DNA of 34,757 nucleotides, taken from assembly GCA_040758355.1 (NCBI GenBank), contig JBFLWF010000025.1, forward strand, positions 1 through 34,757, read 5' to 3'. The DNA is from Nitrospirota bacterium (GTDB taxonomy: Bacteria > Nitrospirota > Thermodesulfovibrionia > Thermodesulfovibrionales > Dissulfurispiraceae). Below, piece by piece: positions 1 through 9,040 of the stretch (position 1 is the first letter of the stretch; every line of letters starts with the position of its first letter). The position numbers and the translations under genes are program-made. The notes under the pieces are model-generated. The model had not been told where the DNA came from, did no database searches, and was given only the letters and a program-made list of their open reading frames with translations.

Positions 1-69
1 TTACAACCGACAGAGGAGACAGGCAAAGCTGGGGTATCTATCCCCTGTTGCTTATGAGAAAAAGTTTTA

Positions 70-258
70 TCAAACGAGGATTGCAGCATGAGTGAATTGG
101 TATCCACTATTGACATCCGACCTCACACACTGGGGGTTACAACTATAACAATCTGGTTCTTTTGGTTTTTGAGGCTTCTTCTCTTTGCCATAAGAAATCC
201 CTGCACTCAAGAAAAATATGCAAAACATAAGGACAAAAAATTTAAATGCGGTCCTCAT
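70..258 (-). CDS. Small secreted hypothetical protein (signal peptide, CxxC-x3-C)
   Basis: 62-aa ORF with a hydrophobic N-terminus ending SYG, a CYSCNPQC motif and a GGAGG RBS upstream; follows the lipoprotein gene. Confidence 0.55.
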   Translation of the reverse strand: MRTAFKFFVLMFCIFFLSAGISYGKEKKPQKPKEPDCYSCNPQCVRSDVNSGYQFTHAAILV

Positions 259-282
259 TTTATTGCCTCCATAATACCTGCC

Positions 283-1326
283 CTATTTTTTCTTCATCTT
301 GCCGCGGTGTTGCAATTCGGATTTTGGAATAATTTTTTCCTCTTTCTCTTCAACTGAGACTGTTGGCGGCGCAGACGGCAGCGATACCTTAGCAGGAGTC
401 ACTGTATAACCAGCGTCTTTTATAAGACCTCTAAACACATTTTCTGCATCCGCACCATAGCTATTTATAAAGGCAGCCTCTACGAAGCCCATGTTTCCTG
501 CCAGTTTTGGCTCTACCTCGTCAAAGGCTGTCTTGCTTCGCCTTAAGAGGTCAACAAGATCCGGTCTTTTTATCAGATTTGTGCTAAACCTCCGCCCCAA
601 CTCATCGCCCATAACCGTGAATGTCTGATGATAAATCTCTTTTTTAAGAATCTTAGGGTCAGGAATATCAAGGGCGCCGAGTGTTTTGCCTTTGCTGTAA
701 TCCAGTACAAGCAAAGTCCCGCCCTCTGATACCTGAGTCATCAATGCGCCTTCCTTTAACATCTTCTGTGTTTTGTGGTATTTGGCAGAATACTCATCGA
801 CAAACCGCGCTATAAAATTCTCTCTGTCTTTCTGAGAACCCTCGGCAATCAGTGTGATAAATACATCTATTGCCCTTTTGAGAGTCTTTGCCCATCCTTC
901 TTCAAAGTCCTGAATAACCTTAACAAATCGTTTGCCCGTTACATTGCCTATAGTGGCAGCCGCCTTATTGAGATGGGGACCCAGCACGAGGTCCGCTGTC
1001 CTGTCCTGATAGCCAAGCCTGTAACCCTTAACAAAAGCGTCTTTGAGGTCAGCGTGAACCCAGAAGTAATCCAGATTGTTTTCATCTATAAGCGCCTCTA
1101 CAAACCTCTCATCCAATATCTCTTTAGTAGCCTTTTCAGCATCGAATTTCAAATCCCAGTGCCTTTTTCCCCACCATTGACCGGCCCTTTCATAATCAGC
1201 CACAGTTTTAGCCGGCCTGAAAAACTCATCGTCTTTTTTAGTAAGTGAATCAACAGTTACACATCCTCCGAGAAAACAAACTACTAACAAAACGATCACT
1301 ATTGAAACCGCCTTTTTGTTAAACAT
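283..1326 (-). CDS. Hypothetical lipoprotein
   Basis: Likely start MFNKK at 1326 (GGGGCGAGG upstream); hydrophobic stretch then lipobox FLGGC; no recognisable domain. Confidence 0.7.
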   Translation of the reverse strand: MFNKKAVSIVIVLLVVCFLGGCVTVDSLTKKDDEFFRPAKTVADYERAGQWWGKRHWDLKFDAEKATKEILDERFVEALIDENNLDYFWVHADLKDAFVKGYRLGYQDRTADLVLGPHLNKAAATIGNVTGKRFVKVIQDFEEGWAKTLKRAIDVFITLIAEGSQKDRENFIARFVDEYSAKYHKTQKMLKEGALMTQVSEGGTLLVLDYSKGKTLGALDIPDPKILKKEIYHQTFTVMGDELGRRFSTNLIKRPDLVDLLRRSKTAFDEVEPKLAGNMGFVEAAFINSYGADAENVFRGLIKDAGYTVTPAKVSLPSAPPTVSVEEKEEKIIPKSELQHRGKMKKK

Positions 1327-1400
1327 GCCTCGCCCCCTTCTTAAAAGTTTTAAAAAGACTCTATTCCGGCTAATACTCAAGCATCTTTTTAGCCTCTATT

Positions 1401-1429
1401 TTTATAACACAGTGCAATATTGCTGTCAA
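1401..1429 (-). promoter_or_regulatory. Sigma70-type promoter for the lipoprotein gene with palindromic operator
   Basis: TTGACA-17 bp-TATAAA with TGn extension; spacer contains palindrome GCAATATTGC; GTGCAAT (1412-1418) is inverted as ATTGCAC (1436-1442). Confidence 0.65.
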
Positions 1430-1486
1430 GGAAAAATTGCACCTTGAAATTGTATTGGAGAATAAGGTGCTATTAGGATAGAGCTG

Positions 1487-1870
1487 ATGAAAAAAAGGAA
1501 TATAGTAGGAGAAAATATAAGAAAACTGAGATTAAAAGCAGGACTTACTCAGGAAGAACTTGCATTGAAAAGCGGCCTTTCTCAGGGCTATATAAATCAA
1601 CTGGAGAGCGGAAAGAGAAAGTACACGCAAAAATCATTAGAGATGATCGCAGATGCCTTGTCAATCCAGGTGATAGAATTATTCAGAGAAGAAAAAGAAG
1701 CCAGAGTCCCTATGATTAGCGAAAAAGCTGAAAGATATAGGGAGAGATATCCTGATAAAAAAGAGTTTTTAGCCCTGTTGGACGAATTGCCTGAATACAT
1801 TGTGGAGCATTACCTCACCCTTTTAAAGCTGGAAAAGAAATTATTAAGCAAGGGAAAAGGCAAATCTTAG
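1487..1870 (+). CDS. XRE-family HTH transcriptional regulator
   Basis: IRKLRLKAGLTQEELALKSGLSQGYINQLESGKR is a canonical HTH_3 motif. Confidence 0.9.
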   Translation: MKKRNIVGENIRKLRLKAGLTQEELALKSGLSQGYINQLESGKRKYTQKSLEMIADALSIQVIELFREEKEARVPMISEKAERYRERYPDKKEFLALLDELPEYIVEHYLTLLKLEKKLLSKGKGKS

Positions 1871-1891
1871 GAAATTTTATGCGCCGGAAAT

Positions 1892-1920
1892 AAAAAACCC
1901 CGCCTTGAAGCGGGGTTTTT
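1892..1920. terminator. Bidirectional intrinsic terminator
   Basis: AAAAAACCCCGC-CTTGAA-GCGGGGTTTTT between convergent genes. Confidence 0.85.
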
Positions 1921-1945
1921 GTTTATTTAAGCAATTAGCTTATCT

Positions 1946-3958
1946 CTACGCACAGACTACTGTTTCCTTAAGCCACAATAACCTTGAGCCGTTGATAACA
2001 GATGCGTTGATGGACTCTATCATTTCGTCCACCTTCACATCAAAGCCCTCTTTGCGTGCAAACGGAGCAACCGAAGCCTTTACCTTTACCTTAGCGAGCT
2101 TCTTTGTCTCGCTCTCCTTTGCCTCTTTTATTTCTGCACCCATTGCCTTTGCAATGTCTGCAAAAATCTCCCTGTGGCTCTTTGCTTCGCCAGCAGGCTC
2201 CACTGCCTTGCATACATGTTTTAACCTTCCTAAATAATCCACCATTGTTCCATCAACTTCAAGATATGCTGCTGATGGAAGAACAATATCCGCCTGTTTT
2301 GCAAGCTCTGTGAGATGGGAGTTCTGCACAACGAGAAAATCCACATCCGGCCTCTTGTTTAATGGAACCTCTCCGATTGCATAAAGGAGATTTAATCCTC
2401 CTGAAACCATTTCCTTATAAGGTTTATCTTCAGTGGTGAGACCCATCATCACTACTCCCTTTGCATTGCTTTCCACAGGAACAGATACTGCTATGCCCTT
2501 TAAAAGAGCGATATTAGCAGCAGCCTGATACATTGCTGGTGATGAGAGTATTACAGGATTCTTTGCCTCCGTATAAAGCGCTGCTGCTTTATCCACTGCT
2601 TCTGAAACAGATGCATTTGCAACTGCTGAAGCAAGTTTTTTATCTCCTGAAAGTCCCTTATCAATTAAAACCTTTGTCAGGGACATGAGGGCTGATACCT
2701 CGTTCTCGATGAGATTTACAGTTGCCACGGATGCGATCTTCGGCTCTGATGAATTGATCACAATCAGCTTTGCACCAGCATTAACCCTTCTCCTTATAAC
2801 AGCATCAATGGCTGGCAATACCCTTTTCCACTGGCTCGGATTTAAGTCCACGAGTACAAAGAGGTCTGCTGAATCAAGGTCTGCACTGCCTGAGATTAAT
2901 GTATCCGCATCGCCGTAAAGGCTTGCAGTGGTATCTACATTCTTTGTCTTTACAGCATCGGATGCAAACTTCTTTAATGTAAGTGCATCTTCGTTAAGTA
3001 TTCCTGCTGTTGTTATGAAACCTGCGTTTTGGCCTGCCTTTTTCAGTGCATTGGCAATCGTCTCTATGGCATCCTTCCATGTGGTCTCTTTCAGTTCACC
3101 GTTTACACGTTTCATCGGTGCTGTAACTCTATTGTCAGCCTCGATACAGTCAAAGCCGAATCTTCCGTAGGCACATATATATCTTTCTGGCGAGCCCTCT
3201 ATCGCACCTGCATTTACCTTCATTATCTGTCCATCCTTTGTGCTGACAGTTATGTCGCAGCCATTTCCGCAGAGAAGGCATACGGAATTTACTTTGTCAT
3301 AATCCCATTCCCTGCCCTTTCTCCATCTGTCAGCCTCAAGGAGCGCATTGACAGGGCACACATCAACGCAGCTTCCGCAGAATGTACACCCTGACTCCTG
3401 TAGGGGCTTATCCTCTGCTGTTGCAACCTTCGAACCAACACCTCTTCCCATAAATTCGAGCACATTCGTCCCCTGATCCTTGCAAACCCTTACGCATCTG
3501 CCACAGAGCACGCAGTAGTCAGGGTCGCGTTTGATGAACGGATTTGCCTCATCTATGGAAAAGCCGAATTTCTTTCTTGTGAATGATGATTCCTTTATCT
3601 CAAAATCATAGGCGTAATTCTGGAGATTGCATACGCCTGCCTTTGTGCATGTCATGCAGTCAAGGGGATGCATAGAGAGGATGAGGTCTATTACGAATTT
3701 CCTTACCTCCTGAACCTTCTCTGTCTTTGTGTTGACCACCATGCCCTCTTTCACCCTTGTGGTGCAGGCAATCATGGGCGCCTTCATTCCCTCTATTTCC
3801 ACAAGACAGAGCCTGCATGCACCGATGCCCTTTAAGCCTTTAAGATAACAGAGATTTGGTATATGAATGCCGCCCAGTTCCGCAGCATCGATGAGGTTAG
3901 TGCCCTCAGGGGCCTTTATCTCCTTGCCATCTATCTTAAGATTAACCATGTTTGCCAT
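1946..3958 (-). CDS. NuoG/FdhA-like multi-Fe-S protein (HydA-position subunit) with degenerate molybdopterin-oxidoreductase domain
   Basis: [2Fe-2S] (LC..GACRLCLVE..AC), HxxxCxxCx5C, two CxxCxxCxxxC ferredoxin motifs, CLLCGNGC..C [4Fe-4S], C-terminal ADIVLPSAAYLEVDGT; no Cys/Sec at the Mo-ligand position. Confidence 0.85.
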   Translation of the reverse strand: MANMVNLKIDGKEIKAPEGTNLIDAAELGGIHIPNLCYLKGLKGIGACRLCLVEIEGMKAPMIACTTRVKEGMVVNTKTEKVQEVRKFVIDLILSMHPLDCMTCTKAGVCNLQNYAYDFEIKESSFTRKKFGFSIDEANPFIKRDPDYCVLCGRCVRVCKDQGTNVLEFMGRGVGSKVATAEDKPLQESGCTFCGSCVDVCPVNALLEADRWRKGREWDYDKVNSVCLLCGNGCDITVSTKDGQIMKVNAGAIEGSPERYICAYGRFGFDCIEADNRVTAPMKRVNGELKETTWKDAIETIANALKKAGQNAGFITTAGILNEDALTLKKFASDAVKTKNVDTTASLYGDADTLISGSADLDSADLFVLVDLNPSQWKRVLPAIDAVIRRRVNAGAKLIVINSSEPKIASVATVNLIENEVSALMSLTKVLIDKGLSGDKKLASAVANASVSEAVDKAAALYTEAKNPVILSSPAMYQAAANIALLKGIAVSVPVESNAKGVVMMGLTTEDKPYKEMVSGGLNLLYAIGEVPLNKRPDVDFLVVQNSHLTELAKQADIVLPSAAYLEVDGTMVDYLGRLKHVCKAVEPAGEAKSHREIFADIAKAMGAEIKEAKESETKKLAKVKVKASVAPFARKEGFDVKVDEMIESINASVINGSRLLWLKETVVCA

Positions 3959-3962
3959 AATT

Positions 3963-4052
3963 CCTCCTTACTTAGTTTATGGGTATATGAGCATATGGGT
4001 GAATGAGTTTACTTTTTACTCATTAACTCTTTTACACATTTACTCATTTACT
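3963..4052 (-). repeat. 90-bp intergenic repeat, copy 1 (octamer-periodic imperfect hairpin plus RBS)
   Basis: Matches 11245-11334 at 87/90 positions. Confidence 0.95.
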
Positions 4053-4056
4053 TAAT

Positions 4057-4644
4057 TTATACTCCAACAGGTTCTTTGCTTTTTACTTCAACAATTATAA
4101 TCGCCTCTGTAGGACATACCTTGATGCAATCACCGCATTTGACGCATCTCTTCTGCCTTATCTCAAAGGGCAGATAGCCGCTCTGATATGGCTTTTTTCT
4201 TTCTCCAGTGATTGCATTGTATTTACATACATCCTGACATTCCCCACACATTATGCATTCCTCAGGTATAATCCTGTATTCTATGAATGCCTTGCAGTCT
4301 CTTGAAGGACATCTGCCATTGATATGCTCTTCGTAAACATTTGTGCCCATCCACTCGATGATGAACTTTGCAGTGTCTTTTCCCTTTTTGCAGAGAGAAC
4401 CCTCTGCCATTTCTTCGGCAATCCTCTTAAGTGCGAACAAATCAGCCTCTGCACCATTTCCGTCAACTATCCCCTGAAGCCTTATCCTTGCTTCATAGCT
4501 TCCCATAGCACAGGGGAAACATCTGCCGCACATGGGGCCTGAAAGAAACTCGGTGATATAGTAAAGGGCCTTCTGTACAGGACAACCCTTTTCCTCTGCT
4601 GATTTTCTTATGTCCTCTACTTTTAATTCCTTTATCTCTGTCAT
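4057..4644 (-). CDS. Stand-alone NuoF/HydB C-terminal Fe-S domain protein (195 aa)
   Basis: ATG at 4644 overlaps the upstream stop (ATGA), RBS GAGGTG; motifs CGRCFPC..SLC, GCP..EEH..C..C and two ferredoxin motifs. Confidence 0.85.
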   Translation of the reverse strand: MTEIKELKVEDIRKSAEEKGCPVQKALYYITEFLSGPMCGRCFPCAMGSYEARIRLQGIVDGNGAEADLFALKRIAEEMAEGSLCKKGKDTAKFIIEWMGTNVYEEHINGRCPSRDCKAFIEYRIIPEECIMCGECQDVCKYNAITGERKKPYQSGYLPFEIRQKRCVKCGDCIKVCPTEAIIIVEVKSKEPVGV

Positions 4645-6542
4645 TTCTTCACCTCGGCACCAGGCATTCTCCGGCCCTTTTCTACCTTTACCGCACCAAT
4701 CGGGCATGCAAGGTAGCATGCCTTACACTTCGTGCAATAGTCCTGATCAATGAAAAATGATCTTGGCGTCTCTTTCACTGCATCAAAGGCACATGCCTCT
4801 TTGCATAATCCGCACAGGAAGCATTCGTCATGATCTATCCTGTAAACGCCAAGACCACTGCATACCTTTGCCCTGCAGTATTTATCGTATATATGTTCCT
4901 CATACTCCTCTCTAAAATACTTTATTGTGGATAGTACCGGGTTTGGCGCTGAATTGCCCAGACCGCATAAAGAACCCTGGATGACCTTCCGGCCTATTTC
5001 TTCAAGCCTCTCTATGTCTCCATGCTCTCCCCTACCGGAGGTGATCTTTTCGAGTATCTGAAGCATCTGGTATGTGCCTATCCTGCATGGAGGACACTTT
5101 CCGCATGACTCCGACTGTGTGAAAGAGAGGAAGTACTTTGCCACATCCACCATGCATGTTTCTTCGTCCAGGACAACCATGCCTCCTGACCCCATCATAG
5201 AGCCGACCTTTGTGAGCGAGTCAAAATCAACAGGCAGGTCGAGGTAGCTTGCAGGCAAGCAGCCTCCTGAAGGGCCTCCTGTCTGGACTGCCTTGAACTC
5301 CTTGTCTCCAATGATTCCACCGCCTATATCGAAAATTATCTCCCTTAACGTCGTACCCATGGGAACTTCCACAAGCCCTGTATTCTTGACCTTTCCAGTG
5401 AGTGCAAAGACCTTTGTTCCCGGGGAATTCTCTGTCCCTATGCTCCTGAACCAGTCAGCACCATTCTCTATTATTGGAGGCACGCAGGCATATGTCTCTA
5501 TGTTGTTTAGATTGCTCGGATAGCCGAATACACCCCCCCCTATCTCGGATAGTCTTGGTGGACGGGGCCTCGGGAATCCCCTTTCTCCTTCAATCGATGC
5601 AACAAGGGCAGTGGATTCGCCGCAGACGAATGCTCCGGCGCCTTCCCTCACGTCGAGGAAGAAGCTGAAATTAGTTCCGAGTATGTTTTTGCCTAAAAGG
5701 CCGATTTCCTCTGCCTGTTTTATGGCATGTTTCAGGTTTTTAACAGCTAATGGATATTCGTGTCTGACATAAATAAAGCCGTATTGTGCGTCAATAGCGT
5801 ATGCACATAAAAGCATTCCTTCAAAAAGGCTGTGGGGATCGCCTTCCATTATCGATCTGTCCATAAATGCTCCGGGGTCGCCTTCGTCTCCGTTTGCAAT
5901 AACAAACCTTATCTTCTCTGGAGAGCCTTTTGTATGCTTCCACTTCTTTCCTGCAGGGAATCCTGCACCGCCCCTGCCCCTGAGATTGGCTTTATCAACC
6001 TCGTTTAAGACATCGTCAGGCGTCATGGAAGATAGTGCCTTTTCGAGCGCCTTGTATCCTCCGACAGCGATATAATGATATATATTCGTAGGATCTATTT
6101 TGTCGTTGTTTCTGAGGGCGATTCTCAACTGCTTTTTATAAAATGGCAGATCCAGCATTTCAGGAACAGGTTCGCTAAGGATATTATCCCTGTAGAGTGC
6201 CTGCCTGTAAGGCGTTCCGCCCACAAAGGTATAGCTCATAAGGGATGATGCCTGATCCGGCTTTACCCTCTGATAAAAGACATCTGACGGCTCGGCCTTC
6301 ATAACAGGACCCTTCTGGCACATACCCTGACATCCTGTCTTTACAATTTCTATGTCGACTCCTTTTTTCTTCGCATCTTCCTGAAGCGCATCGATCACCT
6401 TATACGCTCCGGTTGCAGTGCATGCAGTCCCGCAGCAAGCCCTTATCCTCGGCTTGCCAGGCTGAAACATTTCAGAGGAAAGTTTTTCCCTCAGCTTCCT
6501 TAAATCATCTATGCTATTTAATCTCTCCATCCCTAACCCCAT
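4641..6542 (-). CDS. nuoF: HydB/NuoF-like FMN/NAD(P)H-binding subunit, bifurcating-type architecture (alternative start 6530)
   Basis: N-terminal CCGTAC..CQGMC [2Fe-2S], GRGGAGFP, NGDEGDPGAFMDR, GGPSGG, CGKCPPC..LC, C-terminal 2x[4Fe-4S]. Confidence 0.92.
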   Translation of the reverse strand: MGLGMERLNSIDDLRKLREKLSSEMFQPGKPRIRACCGTACTATGAYKVIDALQEDAKKKGVDIEIVKTGCQGMCQKGPVMKAEPSDVFYQRVKPDQASSLMSYTFVGGTPYRQALYRDNILSEPVPEMLDLPFYKKQLRIALRNNDKIDPTNIYHYIAVGGYKALEKALSSMTPDDVLNEVDKANLRGRGGAGFPAGKKWKHTKGSPEKIRFVIANGDEGDPGAFMDRSIMEGDPHSLFEGMLLCAYAIDAQYGFIYVRHEYPLAVKNLKHAIKQAEEIGLLGKNILGTNFSFFLDVREGAGAFVCGESTALVASIEGERGFPRPRPPRLSEIGGGVFGYPSNLNNIETYACVPPIIENGADWFRSIGTENSPGTKVFALTGKVKNTGLVEVPMGTTLREIIFDIGGGIIGDKEFKAVQTGGPSGGCLPASYLDLPVDFDSLTKVGSMMGSGGMVVLDEETCMVDVAKYFLSFTQSESCGKCPPCRIGTYQMLQILEKITSGRGEHGDIERLEEIGRKVIQGSLCGLGNSAPNPVLSTIKYFREEYEEHIYDKYCRAKVCSGLGVYRIDHDECFLCGLCKEACAFDAVKETPRSFFIDQDYCTKCKACYLACPIGAVKVEKGRRMPGAEVKK

Positions 6543-7025
6543 TTATTTCTTAACCTTGTTTATAATCTCATTTACCTTCTTGGGGCCTACATCGCCCACG
6601 ACCTCTTCATTAACTGTCACAACAGGAGCAAGACCGCAGCACCCTACACAACCAACGGTCTCGAGGGTCATGGACATATCTTCTGTTGTCTCCCCTTCCT
6701 TGACGCCGAATTCATCTTCAAGCTTCTCAAGGAGCTTTGATGCGCCCCTGACATGGCATGCTGTGCCCATGCAGACGCAGACAACATTCTTGCCCCTCGG
6801 CTTGAAATAGAAGTGTTTGTAGAATGATGCAGTGCTGTATACATCGGCAAGGGGAATATCAAGCTTCTTTGACAATTCCCTCAGCTTGTCTTCAGGGAGA
6901 TAGTTATGCTCCTTCTGAATCTGCTGAAAGGCATAGATGAGAAGCCCCCTCTTTTTCTGATCTCCTGTAAGAACTTCCCCAATCTCTTTATAGTGCGCAT
7001 CTACATTAAATTCTTCTATCTTCAT
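6543..7025 (-). CDS. nuoE: HydC/NuoE-like [2Fe-2S] subunit
   Basis: VYSTASFY, CMGTACHVRG and CVGCCGLAP motifs. Confidence 0.92.
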   Translation of the reverse strand: MKIEEFNVDAHYKEIGEVLTGDQKKRGLLIYAFQQIQKEHNYLPEDKLRELSKKLDIPLADVYSTASFYKHFYFKPRGKNVVCVCMGTACHVRGASKLLEKLEDEFGVKEGETTEDMSMTLETVGCVGCCGLAPVVTVNEEVVGDVGPKKVNEIINKVKK

Positions 7026-7038
7026 CTAACCTCCAGAC

Positions 7039-9024
7039 TTATAACCCTATATGCGGTTTTGCTGCCTTTTCGAGTTCACGCCTTGCAGCCATATCCATGA
7101 GCACACGCTCTGCACCGAACTTGCCCGGCTCGTATTTCTTTAGTTTCAATGCCTCCCTTGCCTTATCGATATAGTCAAGGGTAAGTGTCAGCATCTTTTC
7201 CGGATCAGGCTCAAAATGCAATGCACCTCTAAATCTCTCAAACCATACCTCTGTCATTATTCTTGTAACTTCCTGGCTTGAACCCACAGGGGATTCTCCA
7301 CCCATTATTACAGGGACGCCTGATGCTGCAAAATAACTGCCGATGGCTATTGCCTTCTCAGACATCCATTCCGGCGCTATACCAACAGCAGGCATTCCGC
7401 CTATTTCATCGGAAAGGCCGCCTTCTTCTGCCATCGCACTCGCAATGGTTAATATCCTTGTATTATCAACACATGCGCCTAAATGCAGTATCGGGGGAAT
7501 TCCTATTGCTTCGCATACTTCCCTCAGGCCCGGACCAGCATGCTCTAATGCCATCTCCGGCGTCAGATAACCTGCAACACCGCAAGCCTGAGAACCGCAG
7601 CCGGTGGTTATGACAAGGACATCATTCTTAATAAGTTCCATTGTAAGGAACTTGTGTGTGCCTGTTGCCGGAACCCTCGGATTGTCGCATCCCACAACCC
7701 CTGCAACTCCACGGATCCTTCCTGCCATGATAGCATCGTTCAGCGGCCTGAATGACGCCCTCCATTTCCCTCCCTGCATATACTCAATGTACTCATGAGA
7801 GAAGCCTGCAATGACAGGATATTTTTCTGTTATATGGCTTCCTTCCTTCTTTCTATTGGCGAAGTTATCGATTGCGATCTTTATTATCTCCTTAGCTATC
7901 TCCCTTGCCTTATGTTCATCAAAGCTGATGTGAGTTGCACCCGGGATCTTTGCCTTTTCGGATGTCGTTATGACCTTTGTGTGGAATTTCTTTGATGTCT
8001 CTACAATTGCAGGCATTATGCACTGGACATCAACAACCATCGCCTCTACAAGCCCTGTCATAATAGCGAGCTCCTGATTGGTGAAGCCTCCGGCAGTAGG
8101 GATTCCACGCCTCATGAGCACCTCATTTGCCGTGCAGCACAATCCTCCGAGGTTTATTCCCTTTGCACCCTTTGACTGGGCATAGGCTATCATCTCGGGA
8201 TCTGAAGCCACATCTACTATTGTCTCGGCAAGCGATGGCTCATGACCGTGTATAACAAGGTTAACCTCGTTCTCTTTGAATATTCCAAGGCTCGCCTCTG
8301 CTTTTATCGGCATCGGTGTGCCAAAGAGGATATCAGTAACCTCTGTGGATATCATGCTGCCGCCCCATCCATTTGAAAGGGCAGTCCGCAAGCCCTGTGT
8401 TAAAAGGGAATCTGGATCTGCATCCATACCTATGGTGGTTCTATCCATCGCCTCGGCAATTTCCCTGTCTATACCTCTTGGAGTAATGCCCCATTTCTTC
8501 CACCTTTCCTGTGTTTTCTTTGGAGCCCTTTTTATGAAATTAACCTCTCCTCTCTGTCTGCCGTAGTCTTCCAGAAGCTTCGTTGCAACATCCCTTGCCA
8601 CATCATTCACAGGCCTTCCTTCGAACTCTATATCAAGGATTCCTGCAATCCTGTAAAGCTTTCTAACATCCTTTATCTGAAAGTCCTTTGTCTCGCCATT
8701 AGCAACAGCCAGCAGTGTGAATACCATGTCTCTTCCATGATCGCCATGACAGGCAGTTCCGGCAGCGATCATCCTCACAAAATTCCTTGCTGCAACTGTG
8801 GGAAGAGTTGCGCCACAAATGCCCCTTGCCTCTTCCTCTGCATTCTTACCAACAAGCCTGCACGGCCCCATGTGGCAAACCCTGCAACAAGCGCCGGATT
8901 CGCCTATCGGGCATGGTTTAAGTTTTTCCGCCCTCTCAAAACATGTGTCTATCTTATGGGACTCGCCCCATTCTATTACCTTCTCTGCTGCTTCATCAGC
9001 ACTTTTCATAATATGCTTATCCAT
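7039..9024 (-). CDS. cooS: Anaerobic Ni,Fe carbon-monoxide dehydrogenase catalytic subunit (AcsA/CooS)
   Basis: CPIG..CCRVCHMGPC (D/B clusters), HGDH, C-cluster ligands HGHEP, CCTANE, DVQC, GCDN, TGCG, GACVDN, catalytic EKA. Confidence 0.97.
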   Translation of the reverse strand: MDKHIMKSADEAAEKVIEWGESHKIDTCFERAEKLKPCPIGESGACCRVCHMGPCRLVGKNAEEEARGICGATLPTVAARNFVRMIAAGTACHGDHGRDMVFTLLAVANGETKDFQIKDVRKLYRIAGILDIEFEGRPVNDVARDVATKLLEDYGRQRGEVNFIKRAPKKTQERWKKWGITPRGIDREIAEAMDRTTIGMDADPDSLLTQGLRTALSNGWGGSMISTEVTDILFGTPMPIKAEASLGIFKENEVNLVIHGHEPSLAETIVDVASDPEMIAYAQSKGAKGINLGGLCCTANEVLMRRGIPTAGGFTNQELAIMTGLVEAMVVDVQCIMPAIVETSKKFHTKVITTSEKAKIPGATHISFDEHKAREIAKEIIKIAIDNFANRKKEGSHITEKYPVIAGFSHEYIEYMQGGKWRASFRPLNDAIMAGRIRGVAGVVGCDNPRVPATGTHKFLTMELIKNDVLVITTGCGSQACGVAGYLTPEMALEHAGPGLREVCEAIGIPPILHLGACVDNTRILTIASAMAEEGGLSDEIGGMPAVGIAPEWMSEKAIAIGSYFAASGVPVIMGGESPVGSSQEVTRIMTEVWFERFRGALHFEPDPEKMLTLTLDYIDKAREALKLKKYEPGKFGAERVLMDMAARRELEKAAKPHIGL

Positions 9025-9040
9025 TTTAAACCTCCGCCTT

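Noticed and set aside
1946..3958. Selenocysteine formate dehydrogenase or a complex I operon
   Set aside because: No in-frame TGA or Cys at the ligand site; no nuoA-D or nuoH-N membrane genes nearby
3963..4052. CRISPR interpretation of the repeated element
   Set aside because: Only two copies 7.3 kb apart, no spacers, no cas genes
4645..4719. Cys-containing N-terminal extension of the 4057-4719 ORF
   Set aside because: Overlaps the nuoF-like 3' end; ATG 4644 has the RBS and ATGA coupling
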